Positions 21,429-31,428 of a DNA stretch of 64,000 nt are shown one piece after another. Position numbers and translations under genes: made by a program. Below the pieces are notes generated by a model. That model was not told where the DNA came from. It saw only the letters and a program-made list of their open reading frames with translations, and searched no databases. Numbering within the stretch: the first letter of the stretch is position 1; each line of letters begins with the position of its first letter. Source of the stretch: Polyangiaceae bacterium LLY-WYZ-15_(1-7) (GTDB lineage: Bacteria > Myxococcota_A > Polyangia > Polyangiales > Houyiibacteriaceae); the NCBI GenBank assembly GCA_031800675.1, contig DAPKRU010000144.1, forward strand, positions 15,101-79,100, written 5' to 3'.

Positions 21429-22232
21429 ATGCCGCTCAACGACTGGTTCACGGGCCAACACACGATCGCGCGTCAGGTGCTCGCGGCTCGACTGACGGAG
21501 GGGTCGGACCCGCTCTTGATTCGGACCGGTTCGGAGCTGGTCCACTGGCACCACGGTCGGCGTCGGTCGACCCTCCTCATGACGGACCGCTACGACCGCG
21601 CAAAGGCGGTCAACCACGTCCCGGCCGCGATGCACTTGGCTCTCCGTGGCCGCATCGGCGTATCGCTGACGGATGCCGAGCTCACCCTGCTCAGGGAGCT
21701 CGACGCCGACGTCGCCGAGGCGATGGGTCACCTGCAGGACCCCGAGGAGACGATGCTCGCCGTCTGTCGCGAGCACCTCCGGCGCATCCTCGAAGAGGGG
21801 TCGGCCTCCGTGGAGTCGATGACCGAGTTCGCCGAGGCCGTCCAGGAACCCATGGGCGCAGTGATCGGGCTCGCGACGCGGGCCTACCTCGAAACCCTCC
21901 ATGCCGCCGTGACCAATTGGACCGCGGGCTGGGACGACGATACCTGGGCGCGGCTTCTCGTCGTGATCTGCGCGGGTCACGCGCCCCGCTACAAGGAGTC
22001 GACTCGGACCTACTTCCAGCGGCTCCTCGGGGAGAGCCATGGCCTCGGGGCCAAGGGCGAAGAGCGCGTCGTCTACGCCGAGGGGATTCAGACCGAGGAC
22101 GACGCGATTCAGCTCGGCGCCGAGCACCTGCTCAACCTCGAGCTCGGACTCTTCTTCATGAAGAGCTCGGTGGGCCTGCAGGAGGACGTCCTCGGTGACG
22201 CCACTCGGGCGATCCTCGACGAGCTTCTCTGA
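21429..22232 (+). CDS. Hypothetical protein, predicted all-alpha
   Basis: RBS GGAGG immediately before the ATG; normal composition and codon usage; no recognised motif. Confidence 0.75.
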   Translation: MPLNDWFTGQHTIARQVLAARLTEGSDPLLIRTGSELVHWHHGRRRSTLLMTDRYDRAKAVNHVPAAMHLALRGRIGVSLTDAELTLLRELDADVAEAMGHLQDPEETMLAVCREHLRRILEEGSASVESMTEFAEAVQEPMGAVIGLATRAYLETLHAAVTNWTAGWDDDTWARLLVVICAGHAPRYKESTRTYFQRLLGESHGLGAKGEERVVYAEGIQTEDDAIQLGAEHLLNLELGLFFMKSSVGLQEDVLGDATRAILDELL

Positions 22233-22446
22233 AGTTGCGACCGGGACTGAGTCTCGAGCCCTCACGCCGAGACGTGGCGCCCTCGGCGCGCTGCAGCGCT
22301 CTCCTGCAAGGGGCGCCTGATCTCCCCGGAGCGCCGGCTCGGCCCCCCGTGCCGTGACGATTCGCCCCAGCCCCGGGCAGAGAGCGGCGAGAGGCGCCGG
22401 CGAGCTCGTAGCCATGGTCGGCATGGCTCCTGCAGCCGCGAGGACC

Positions 22447-22896
22447 ATGACCGACATCTTCGACCGCATCCAGTCCGAACACGACAAGCACCGCACACTC
22501 CTCGACATCATCGCGAGGACCCACGGCGACTCCGCCGGTCGTCGCGAGCTCTTCGCGAAGCTGGCCGACGAGGTCCGCGCTCACGCTCGCGCGGAGGAGC
22601 GTACGTTCTACGCCGAGCTCCTCGCGGCGCCCGAGAGCCGCAGCCAGGCGGGACACTCGGTGAAGGAACACCGAGACACCGAGGACATGATCGAGGAGCT
22701 CCTCGAGAAGGACTACGGCGACTCCGGGTGGCTCACGCGATTCGAGGTGCTCGCCGACGACCTCCGGCACCACATGGACGAGGAAGAGAGGGAGGTCTTC
22801 CCCCTTGCCGGCCGCGTCCTCACGGAGGAACGGAAGCGCGAACTGGCGGACGAGTTCGAACGCGCGAAGGGCGAAGAGACGCGCCGGGTCGCCTGA
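22447..22896 (+). CDS. Hemerythrin (HHE) domain protein
   Basis: SEHDKHR, AHARAEERTFY, KEH, HHMDEEEREVFP. Confidence 0.92.
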   Translation: MTDIFDRIQSEHDKHRTLLDIIARTHGDSAGRRELFAKLADEVRAHARAEERTFYAELLAAPESRSQAGHSVKEHRDTEDMIEELLEKDYGDSGWLTRFEVLADDLRHHMDEEEREVFPLAGRVLTEERKRELADEFERAKGEETRRVA

Positions 22897-23082
22897 GAGG
22901 CGGGGGCGAGAGGTCCTGGCCCACGGGCTCGTTGGACCTTCGAGGGGCGGTGCGCCGCGCGTAGCTCTCGCAGCCTGCGTCAAGCTGCCACGAACCGCTC
23001 GGAGGTTCGGGCTCTTCGCCACACCCGGAGCCCGAACCCACCGGCGCGAGCCTCGGCACCCTTCGTGCTCCTTCGATGAGCC

Positions 23083-23928
23083 ATGCGAAACAGCGAGCAG
23101 TCGAAGCAAGCCGCGCCTCGGGCCGAGGGCATGGCGAGCGCATGGGTCGAGGGCCTCGCCCGGGCGGGCTACGCCACCAAGGGTGTGGTGTACGCGCTGA
23201 TCGGGGGTCTCGCCCTGCAGGCGGCCATCGGTCGCGGCGGGCACGTCGGCGGTAGCCGCGACGCCGTACGGGAGATCGGCAGTCAGCCCTTTGGCAAGGC
23301 GCTCTTGATGCTCACCGCCATCGGCTTGTTCGGGTACGCGCTGTGGCGTTTCATCCAGGCGGCGCTCGACCCCGAGCGGAAGGGAACGGACGCGACCGGC
23401 CTGATGCAGCGGACCGGGTACGCCGCCAGCGGTGCGGTCCACGCCATGCTGGGCGTCACCGCGGTACAGCTGATCCTCGGGGCGAGCGGAGGGGGCAGTT
23501 CGCGGAAGACCTGGTTGGCCGAGCTGATGGCGGTGGACACCATCGGCCCGATGCTCATCGGTGCATCAGGCGTGTGCATACTCGGCTATGCCGGCTTTCA
23601 GGTGTACGTGGGGTGGACGACGAAGTTCGAGGATGCCCTCGAGACGGGTCGGATGAGCCGACCGGGGGAGAAGGCGGCGACCGCTTTCGGGCGCGTCGGC
23701 TTGATGGCCCGAGGCGTCGTCCTGGCGGTGATCGGCGGCTTCGTACTCGAGTCCGCGGCGACGCAGGATCCCGGAGCGGCCAAGTCGGTCGCTGGGGCGC
23801 TGAGTGAGATCGCTTCACAGAGCCACGGGGTCCTCCTGCTCATCGGGATCTCTGCGGGTTTGCTCGCGTACGCGACGCATCAACTCGTTCTGGCCCGCTA
23901 CCGGCAGATCCCTGCCGCGACCGGCTGA
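23083..23928 (+). CDS. DUF1206 membrane protein
   Basis: LARAGYATKGVVYALIG, QPFGKALL, GLFGYALWRF, GRVGLMARGVV repeat pattern. Confidence 0.88.
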   Translation: MRNSEQSKQAAPRAEGMASAWVEGLARAGYATKGVVYALIGGLALQAAIGRGGHVGGSRDAVREIGSQPFGKALLMLTAIGLFGYALWRFIQAALDPERKGTDATGLMQRTGYAASGAVHAMLGVTAVQLILGASGGGSSRKTWLAELMAVDTIGPMLIGASGVCILGYAGFQVYVGWTTKFEDALETGRMSRPGEKAATAFGRVGLMARGVVLAVIGGFVLESAATQDPGAAKSVAGALSEIASQSHGVLLLIGISAGLLAYATHQLVLARYRQIPAATG

Positions 23929-24055
23929 GCACGGCCGCGAGCGCGACGGCCCCCCTCGCGACGAGCACTCGCCGTGACTCCGCGAGGCCCCCGAGAACCG
24001 CGTCGCATGGTCGATTCGCCCACATCGCGCGGACGCCGACGCGCAGGCGCCGCTC

Positions 24056-24844
24056 TCAGCGGCCGAGCTGCTCGCGAAAGAAGGCGATCATGCGATCGAA
24101 GGCGGCGCGCGTCGGGTGCCCCTCCACGTCGCGGAAGTCGTGCGAGATGACGCTGTGCGCGATGGGCGGCAGGCCGTGCGGGTTGCCCGGGCCCGAGTCG
24201 ATCTCGATCGCCTCGAAGCCGTCCCCGAGCTCGGCGCGGAGGCGCTCGAAGCGCGCGCGGGGGCACATGGCGTCGTGGCTGAAGCGCATGCCGAGGACGG
24301 GCACGCCCTCCTCCGTCGCGCGCCGCCGGATGGTGACGAGGTCCTCCGGCGAGACGTGGAGCGCCCGGGCGTGTGCGGGCGAGACCGGGAAGGGGAGCGA
24401 GGGTTGCGAGAGCACCGGCGCGCGCACCCAGGGGTCGACCATGAGCGCGAGGGCGAAGCCCCCCGTGAGGCACATGCCCACGGCGCCGATGGCCGCGCCC
24501 TCCTGCCCCCGGCTCTCCTGGAGCTCGCGGCCGAGCGCGCGCAGCCACTCGGTGATCGGGCTCGCGTGATCGCGCGCCAGGCAGTGGAACTCCTTCGCGA
24601 CGCAGGCGCGCCCGAGCTGCGCGAAGGAGTAGGGGAGCGAGAAGGGACGGTCGACCTCGCCGAAGAGGTCCGGCATCCAGACCGTGAAGCCCGCATCGGC
24701 GATGCGGCGCCCGGCCTCGGCGACCGTCGGCGTGATGCCCGGCACCTCGTGCATGACGAGCACCCCGGGGCCCTCGCCGCGGACGTAGACGTCGCGGCGG
24801 ACGCCGAGGTGCGTGGAGGAGCGGCGCTCGAACCCGGTCGGCAT
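24056..24844 (-). CDS. Dienelactone hydrolase family protein
   Basis: VLVMHEVPGITP, nucleophile GMCLTGG, D in FSHDAMCP, H in AHSV. Confidence 0.9.
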   Translation of the reverse strand: MPTGFERRSSTHLGVRRDVYVRGEGPGVLVMHEVPGITPTVAEAGRRIADAGFTVWMPDLFGEVDRPFSLPYSFAQLGRACVAKEFHCLARDHASPITEWLRALGRELQESRGQEGAAIGAVGMCLTGGFALALMVDPWVRAPVLSQPSLPFPVSPAHARALHVSPEDLVTIRRRATEEGVPVLGMRFSHDAMCPRARFERLRAELGDGFEAIEIDSGPGNPHGLPPIAHSVISHDFRDVEGHPTRAAFDRMIAFFREQLGR

Positions 24845-25223
24845 GGGCGGAGGCTACTCCACGAGCGCCGGCGCCGGGAGCGAGCGCGGCGCGCGATGCG
24901 CGATGCACGCCTCGAGCTCACGGCTCGCGCGGAGGTCGCCGACGCGCCCGCCCCCGATCGCCGGCCCCGCTCACGCTCCCGGATCACCCATGCGTGGAGG
25001 AAGGCGAGGGCGGGGAGCTCGGCCTCGCCGCCGTCCCGAGCGCGCGCCCGGCGCACCTCTTCCGCAGCTCTTGCGCACCTCTTCCGCGCCTCCTCTGCGC
25101 TCCGGACAGACCCCGGTGCAAGCGCTGCGCAGCGCCCCCACGCCAGCGCCGCACGACACCAGCGGGCACGTGGGTTGCTTCGCGCGTCGTCTCGGAGCCG
25201 CTCGGCGCGCTCCCCCGAGGACC

Positions 25224-27338
25224 ATGACCCGCCACGCCTTCTCCCTCCTCTTCCTCGCCACCGCCCTCGCCGCCTGCGGCGGCGGCTCCTCCAGCCCCGA
25301 CGACGCCGGCCCCGACACCGGCGCGCCCGACGCCGGGACGGGCGACGCCGCGCCCCCCGACGGGGCCACCGAGGACGCCGGACCGCCGCCCCCTCCGCCC
25401 CCTGCCGACGTCGCCGGCACGCTCCGCTTCGTCGGCTGCGATCCCTCCCCGACCTCCGTCACCGTGCGCCTCGGTCCGACCGCCCTCGTCACCCCGGACG
25501 TCGCGGCGCGCCCGGTCACCGAAGCCGCCCCGACCCCCTCGGACGACACGGACGCGGACGACGCCATCGACGCGCGCGTCGAGGCCACCGAGGAGGCGGG
25601 CGTCCTCCGCTTCCGCGCCGACGAGGTCCCCTGGAACCTCTACCGCGTCGGCGTCGAGGTCGACGACGAGGCCTGCGGGGATCTGGTCTGGCGCGGTCCG
25701 AGCGGCGGCCTGGTCGTGGCCGGGGACGAGGCCGTCGCCCTCGACGCCCTCGCGCTCCGCACGCGCCTCCAGGTGAACGCCGGCACGGAGGCCGACCCGC
25801 GCTGGGTCAGCGCCGCCTACGTCGAGGACCCCGAGGAGCCGCTCCGCTTCCGCATGGAGAGCGACCTCGAGGGCGTCCTCGCCTACGACGTCCAGCTCAG
25901 CTTCGAGCGCTTCGAGGTCGACGCCCTGGAGGAGGGCGACTTCTGCGACCCGCCCGAGGGCGCGCCCCCGGTGCAGCGCTTCGAGACGCCGCCCGGCGGC
26001 CGCGAGGTCGAGCTCGACGTCTCCGCCTACTTCTCCCCGCCCGAGGAGGGCGCGAGCGAGGCCGAGGTCCAGCGCTACCGGAGCCTCCTCCGCGGCGCCC
26101 CCGTCTACGCCCGCGTCGTCCCCGTCGGGAGCGCCGGCCCGCTCTGCGACCTCCGCGCGGTCGGCGCCTCCTCCTGGGTGCGCCTCGTGCTGCGCCCGCG
26201 CGTCGACGTCCCCGCCGTCGAGATCCCCGACGTGCCGCCCTACCACGTCGTCGGCACCTACCGCCCCGGCGAGTACCCCGTCCCGCAGATCATCTCGAAG
26301 GACTACCGCTGCCACCGCGTGATCACCGACCACCCGCTCCCGGGCGGGGCGCTCTTCGAGGGGCTCGACGACCCCTACGGGAAGATCCTCGTCCTCTCCG
26401 GCCTCTACCCGGCGAACGGCACCGCCCGCGAAGGCGACCGCTTCTGCTTCGCGCCGCCGCGGAACGACGACCCCTGGTACGAGGACGTCGCGGAGGGCTT
26501 CAGCGATCTCGTCGGCGAGATCGTCGACGCCGTCGAGTGGGCCGTCGATCGGGCCGCCGCCCTCTACGAGCAGATCAAGAGCGCCGCCGTGAACCTGGTG
26601 GCGAACGCCATCGCCGACCTGACCGGCTGCGAGGACGTCTGCCGCGCGGCCCTCGAGCTCGGCATGGAGATCGCGCTCACCTCCATGGGCATGCCGCCCT
26701 CCCTACCCGACTTCGACCAGCTCATGGACCAGGGCCTCGACTACGTCGCCGCCGAGCTGGCCGCGCAGGCCGGGGTGCCCGACTTCGTCGCCGAGCAGGC
26801 GCTCGAGCTGGCGATCGAGATGGCCGAGCGGGCGAAGGCCACGCGCGGCGCCTCCTACGCGCGCTGGCTCGTGAAGGACACGCAGGGCCGCTCCTCGCTC
26901 TTCGAGCTCGAGGTCTCCCGGAGCGCCGCCGGCGCGTCGACCACCTGGGCCGCGCTCTGGTTCCGGCCCATGGGCCCGGGCGAGACCGTGTGGAGGGAGC
27001 GCTTCGTCGGCGTGCACCCGCCCCCCGTGGGCGAGGGCCCGCTGCGCGTCCCCGTCGTCATCGAGCCCCAGCTCGCCGGCCTCCCCGAGGTCGAGCCCCT
27101 CATCCCGGAGGTCGGATGGGTCCCCGCCTACTACGGCACCGAGCAGCGCGCGGAGGCCTGGTACCAGCGCGCCTGGGGCCAGCGCATGGGCGCGACCCCC
27201 TGCGTGCACTTCGAGCTCTGGGGCGCGATCAGCACCGAGATCCCCGTCGTCATCGAGCCCATCGCCGACGTGACGATCTCCCACGACACCCCCCTCGACA
27301 CCTTCACGGACCCTTTCGAAATGCAGTGCGCGCCATAA
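25224..27338 (+). CDS. Large hypothetical lipoprotein
   Basis: MTRHAFSLLFLATALAA-C lipobox, DAG/Pro linker, beta-rich N-half and a central amphipathic helical region; strong GC3 bias. Confidence 0.8.
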   Translation: MTRHAFSLLFLATALAACGGGSSSPDDAGPDTGAPDAGTGDAAPPDGATEDAGPPPPPPPADVAGTLRFVGCDPSPTSVTVRLGPTALVTPDVAARPVTEAAPTPSDDTDADDAIDARVEATEEAGVLRFRADEVPWNLYRVGVEVDDEACGDLVWRGPSGGLVVAGDEAVALDALALRTRLQVNAGTEADPRWVSAAYVEDPEEPLRFRMESDLEGVLAYDVQLSFERFEVDALEEGDFCDPPEGAPPVQRFETPPGGREVELDVSAYFSPPEEGASEAEVQRYRSLLRGAPVYARVVPVGSAGPLCDLRAVGASSWVRLVLRPRVDVPAVEIPDVPPYHVVGTYRPGEYPVPQIISKDYRCHRVITDHPLPGGALFEGLDDPYGKILVLSGLYPANGTAREGDRFCFAPPRNDDPWYEDVAEGFSDLVGEIVDAVEWAVDRAAALYEQIKSAAVNLVANAIADLTGCEDVCRAALELGMEIALTSMGMPPSLPDFDQLMDQGLDYVAAELAAQAGVPDFVAEQALELAIEMAERAKATRGASYARWLVKDTQGRSSLFELEVSRSAAGASTTWAALWFRPMGPGETVWRERFVGVHPPPVGEGPLRVPVVIEPQLAGLPEVEPLIPEVGWVPAYYGTEQRAEAWYQRAWGQRMGATPCVHFELWGAISTEIPVVIEPIADVTISHDTPLDTFTDPFEMQCAP

Positions 27339-27339
27339 A

Positions 27340-27615
27340 CCCGTGCCCCTGCCCGTGCCCGTGCCCCTGCCCGCAAGCCCTCCGACCCGAACGAGCCGAC
27401 ACCGCCCCCCAGAGCCCCTCCGGACTCGAACGCCCCCCCCCGAAGACCCTCCGACACCGACCGCGTCAACCACACCCGACACAGACCCCCGGAGCCCCTC
27501 CGGACCGGACCCGAACGCCCCCCCGAAGACCCTCCACCACCGACCGCGTCAGCCAGCCCCTCCGACCCCGACCCGAACGCCACCCCGAAGCCCCTCCGAC
27601 CCCGACCGCCTCCGC
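27340..27615. repeat. C-rich degenerate intergenic repeats
   Basis: (cccgtg/cccctg)n hexamers, then about 3 copies of agcccctccg...cgaacgcccccccgaagaccctcc..caccgaccgcgtca starting near 27413, 27493 and 27555. Confidence 0.75.
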
Positions 27616-27665
27616 CACACCCCGCGACCCCGACTCCACAGCCGCCGCCCCTCCTGCCCCCGCCG

Positions 27666-28154
27666 CTACGCGCACTCCCAGAGCCGCTCGAGCCCCAGCC
27701 GCTGGAACGTCGGATCGCGACGCCACTCCGCGAGGTCTTCCCCCCGCGCGACGCGCGCGACGAACGCGAAGTCCCGCTGACCCCGCACCTCGCACACCAC
27801 GATCCCTTCCCCGATGAGACCGGGGACCCGGTGGAAGGGCCACCGCTCCACGCGCTCGAGGGAGAGCACGTCCCGAGCGCGAATCCGCCGCAGGGTGAGG
27901 CGCCCGATCCGGCAACGGAGCTCGTCCCCCGCGAGCTCGACCGAGGCGGCGATCCGGGCCCAAGCAGCCATCGCCGCCCCTCCGGCCGCCACCGCGACGA
28001 CCAGGAAGAGCAGCCGCAGGACCCCGAACGCGCTCGCGCCGATCGGAGGTGCGCCGCGAAACGCAGCCGCCACGACTCCCGCGAAGCCGACCGCGATGCC
28101 CACGACGAGAACGGCGCCGCCCACCGACACGCCGGCACTCGGCCTACGCAGCAT
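27666..28154 (-). CDS. Hypothetical membrane protein (2 TM plus small PH-like domain)
   Basis: Two hydrophobic helices followed by SVELAGDELRCRIG..RRIRARDV. The start is uncertain; the ORF extends to 28313. Confidence 0.5.
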   Translation of the reverse strand: MLRRPSAGVSVGGAVLVVGIAVGFAGVVAAAFRGAPPIGASAFGVLRLLFLVVAVAAGGAAMAAWARIAASVELAGDELRCRIGRLTLRRIRARDVLSLERVERWPFHRVPGLIGEGIVVCEVRGQRDFAFVARVARGEDLAEWRRDPTFQRLGLERLWECA

Positions 28155-28393
28155 CAGCACGCGACGAGACGGTCGAGGATCGCTCACCACGCCAAACGCC
28201 TCCTGGAGCCACCCACAGAATGCCTCTCCCAGACGAGCCCAGTGCTTCGCCTTTTCAGGGTCCAACTCCGGCCCGAACTCGATGAACGGCTTACCCGCGA
28301 GCAGACCCTGCACCGTATGGAGCCGTGCTCACCCACGACCTCGAACCGGAACGGAAACATGGACTGGCGGCCGTCTCGAGGTGCCCGTAGCCC

Positions 28394-29944
28394 TCAGTCC
28401 GCGAAGACCACCCGCGTAGGCACCGGCCGCGGCGCGACGTCGCCCACGCCGAGCAGCCCACCGTTCTCGCCCCAGCACCAGAGCTCGTCGCTCGCGTTCA
28501 GCGCGCAGCTCGTCCGCTGGTCGCGGTCGCTCCACACCCACTCCCAGTCGCGCCGTTCTCCCACCTGCCGGGGAGCGGACTCCGCGGGGATGCTCGGATC
28601 GCCGAGCGCTCCGCCCTCCGCAGCCCCCCAGCACCAGAGCGTCCCCTCTTCCTTCACGCCGCAGACGAAGTCCCAGCCCACGGACACCACGCGCCAGGGG
28701 CCCCGGTCGGGGTTCTCGTACCACCGACGCGTGCGGAAGTAGCGCCGCCCATCCCCGGCCATGCCCGAGCGCAACGAGCCCGCGCAGAACAGCCTGCCCT
28801 CTTCGGAGACCAAACAGGTCGCGAGCCCCATCGTCACGCCCCCCTTCCAGCTCTCCGCGGGGCCCTCGAGCCGCTCGTAGGCGCAGTAGCGGCGCTCTTC
28901 GAAGCCCCCGAAACTCCGTTCGTACGTTCCACTGCACCAGAGCTCGCCTCCCGTCTGCATGCACGCCTGCTGGGCCAGCCGCGGCAGGAGCGCGTCGAAC
29001 CGCTGGTCGAGCTCCAGCGGGGTCGGGTCGGCCCAGTTCGGCGCCTCCTCGTCGGGGATGATGGGGCACGTGCCGTCCGCCTCGTACCCGGTGCCCAACG
29101 TGCCGAAGATGTCCTCACCGCGCGCGTACACCCTGCCGTCGCAGTCGAGCAGGAGCATGCCCTGCGACCCGGTCGAGGCCGCGCGCCAATCCGAGCGCTC
29201 GCCGAGCCGCACCGGCTGAGTCGCGCTCGTGGGGACGAAGACCCAGTAGATGTCGTCGCCCCAGATGAAGGCTCGCCCCTGGGCGTCGATGCCGACGAAG
29301 CGCCCGAAGTCTGGCCCGCTCCCCGAAGCGAAGAACCCGGTCACCGAGACCCACTCGCCGGGCACCCGCCGCGGCCGGAGTTGCATCTCGTAGTCCCCGC
29401 TGGCCGCCACACCCCGGGAGTTCCGCCCCCAGCACCAGAGCCCGCACGAGGCGTCGATGAAGCAGGCCCCGTCCTCCGTGATCGCGAACCGATCGGACCG
29501 CGGCGCCGCACACGCCCCCTCCGGCAGCTCGAGCCGCCGCCCCTCACAGAACCGCGCCGCCACCGGGGGACCGGCATCGCCCCCACCCGCGTCCTCCACC
29601 ACGCCCGCGTCGAGCTCCGGCTCGACCGGCATCCCCGCCTCCGCGACCCCCGCCTCCGCGACCCCCGCCTCGCCCGGCGGGCGCGTTGAGGCATCCGTGA
29701 GCCTCGCAGCGTCTGTAGCCGTCGACGAATCAACGAAACCTCCAGCATCGGGACCCGTCCAGGGCGGAAGACCTGGCAGCGCGTCAACAGACCCGTCTGC
29801 GACCGGCGTCTCCCTCTCCGCCCCCGAAGGAGGCGAAGAGCTGAAGCAACCAACTACGACAAGGCAAGCCACTATCGGGCCGCAACCAAATCGCGCACGA
29901 CTTGCTGATTCACACGAGAGAAACAACCCGGCCTGTCTATACAT
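28394..29944 (-). CDS. RCC1/BLIP-II repeat lipoprotein
   Basis: Repeated CxxxxxGxLWCWG blades (GLWCWGRNSRG, GTLWCWG, ELWCWGENGG), DAG linker, lipobox-like VVG-C. The start is uncertain. Confidence 0.85.
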   Translation of the reverse strand: MYRQAGLFLSCESASRARFGCGPIVACLVVVGCFSSSPPSGAERETPVADGSVDALPGLPPWTGPDAGGFVDSSTATDAARLTDASTRPPGEAGVAEAGVAEAGMPVEPELDAGVVEDAGGGDAGPPVAARFCEGRRLELPEGACAAPRSDRFAITEDGACFIDASCGLWCWGRNSRGVAASGDYEMQLRPRRVPGEWVSVTGFFASGSGPDFGRFVGIDAQGRAFIWGDDIYWVFVPTSATQPVRLGERSDWRAASTGSQGMLLLDCDGRVYARGEDIFGTLGTGYEADGTCPIIPDEEAPNWADPTPLELDQRFDALLPRLAQQACMQTGGELWCSGTYERSFGGFEERRYCAYERLEGPAESWKGGVTMGLATCLVSEEGRLFCAGSLRSGMAGDGRRYFRTRRWYENPDRGPWRVVSVGWDFVCGVKEEGTLWCWGAAEGGALGDPSIPAESAPRQVGERRDWEWVWSDRDQRTSCALNASDELWCWGENGGLLGVGDVAPRPVPTRVVFAD

Positions 29945-30068
29945 CAGAAGAGATCGATCCTGTCTCCGCCTCGAAACTAACCCCCAGACGATCGCGACCA
30001 TGACACACACGCTGCCTCGGCTTTCGCTGGTCCCTCACTCATCCGCTGACAAACCTAGAACGACGCGG
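29934..30068 (-). pseudogene. Internally deleted remnant paralog of the 30706-31287 gene
   Basis: Three collinear blocks match 30696-30726, 30760-30797 and 31248-31313 with only scattered mismatches. Confidence 0.85.
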
Positions 30069-30122
30069 CGGCAGAACATCTCAGACAGCGCAAGGAACCA
30101 CAGTCAGCCCGTCGCCAGCGCG

Positions 30123-30596
30123 CTATGCATCACCAGGGGACACCCACAAGATACCTCGCCCTCCCCAGATCATGTCCCCACGACAACTCCAACTCCAGTC
30201 CCCACACTTCCCTCCGTGCTGTGAATATACCCAGTATGCAAAGTCCGCATAAGGATACGCCTCGAAGCAACACTCCCTCACGCGACGACACACCTCGACT
30301 GGGTCCCGCCCCTCCCTCTGGTGTTTGTCGAGAACGTCATTGGCCCACATTCCCGCATCCATCGCCATCCATCGCTCAGGATCCCGATCAAAGCAAGAGT
30401 CATGAATACGATATCTATCCACAAAAGCTCGAACTGTATCGACATACAGTGCTTCTGGACTGGGCTCCACTCTGCCATCACGATCTCCATGCATGTTTCT
30501 CAGGTCAAGAATCGCCATCTTCCTCAATTCTCTCTCAGAGACACACCCCTTCACCACAATCTGACGAGAGAACACCCATGCGAGCCCGAGGGTCAT
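30123..30596 (-). CDS. Hypothetical protein in a lower-GC patch (candidate orphan immunity protein or toxin fragment)
   Basis: 157-aa ORF co-oriented with and downstream of the Rhs gene; atypical codon usage; start uncertain. Confidence 0.5.
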   Translation of the reverse strand: MTLGLAWVFSRQIVVKGCVSERELRKMAILDLRNMHGDRDGRVEPSPEALYVDTVRAFVDRYRIHDSCFDRDPERWMAMDAGMWANDVLDKHQREGRDPVEVCRRVRECCFEAYPYADFAYWVYSQHGGKCGDWSWSCRGDMIWGGRGILWVSPGDA

Positions 30597-30705
30597 GCGT
30601 ACGGCACCTGAGACGTGACATACCCCACGTCAATGAATTCCGGAGTGAGAAGACCCATGATGTGTTCGCCCGCTCATCCGCCTGTCGTGAGGCGATGTCT
30701 ATCCA

Positions 30706-31287
30706 TCAGAGAAGATCGATCCTGTCGACGATTCCATCTGAGAAATACACAACCACAACTCCGCCTCGAAACCCAACCCCCAGACGATCTCGACCATACT
30801 CATCGCAGGACGTATCACCACCGCACAGCCCATCCACCAACCGCTCTCTCGTCCACTCCGCCTTGTCAACATGCGAAAGGTCTCGAAGCAGAACGCTCCG
30901 ATCCTCATCGCACATCCGGTAGGCAGCAACGCCTCCTCCCGTCCTGTATGCATCGAACCTCATCAGCTGCACATCAGTGACTCGGCCCTCCTCATCCTCC
31001 GCCCTGCGCCAAATCGCACGGGAGTCAGACCTGGATTCACCAAACAACTCTGACGAACCCGCATCGAAACCGTAGCTCTTCCCGCGAATAAAAAGCGCAA
31101 GGAGTCCCCCAAGAAGCTGCACTTGCGAGCGACACTCGTCGATCGCGTCCTCTGTATGCGCCTCGAGCACCGCGGAGTCCACGACCCGTTCAACACTCAC
31201 GAACGACCCGTATGCCCACCTAGCCAACACGAGGACCGCGAGTGCTAACACACACGCTGCCGCGGCTTTCGCTGCTCCCCCACTCAT
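30706..31287 (-). CDS. Hypothetical membrane-anchored protein (candidate immunity protein)
   Basis: N-terminal TM (VLALAVLVLA); lower GC; ends GVGFRGGVVVVYFSDGIVDRIDLL; has a degenerate paralog at 29934-30068. Confidence 0.65.
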   Translation of the reverse strand: MSGGAAKAAAACVLALAVLVLARWAYGSFVSVERVVDSAVLEAHTEDAIDECRSQVQLLGGLLALFIRGKSYGFDAGSSELFGESRSDSRAIWRRAEDEEGRVTDVQLMRFDAYRTGGGVAAYRMCDEDRSVLLRDLSHVDKAEWTRERLVDGLCGGDTSCDEYGRDRLGVGFRGGVVVVYFSDGIVDRIDLL

Positions 31288-31428
31288 CCTCTGAGAAACC
31301 TAAAACGACGCGGATACTGCTTGCCCCAGCGCCCGCGGGCTCAGGTGGGGATCGCAGTCGCGGAGCGAGCATCACCTGACATAGACCATAGACCATCTAA
31401 CGAACACGGCAAACATGCGTCACTCATA

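Noticed and set aside
28155-28313. N-terminal extension of the 27666-28313 ORF
   Set aside because: Composition differs from the rest of the ORF; it may be an unrelated gene fragment, and there is too little evidence to call it.
29934-31313. Remnant/gene pair as a DGR template and variable repeat
   Set aside because: Differences are not confined to adenines and include large deletions; the only RT in the window is a retron type about 25 kb away.
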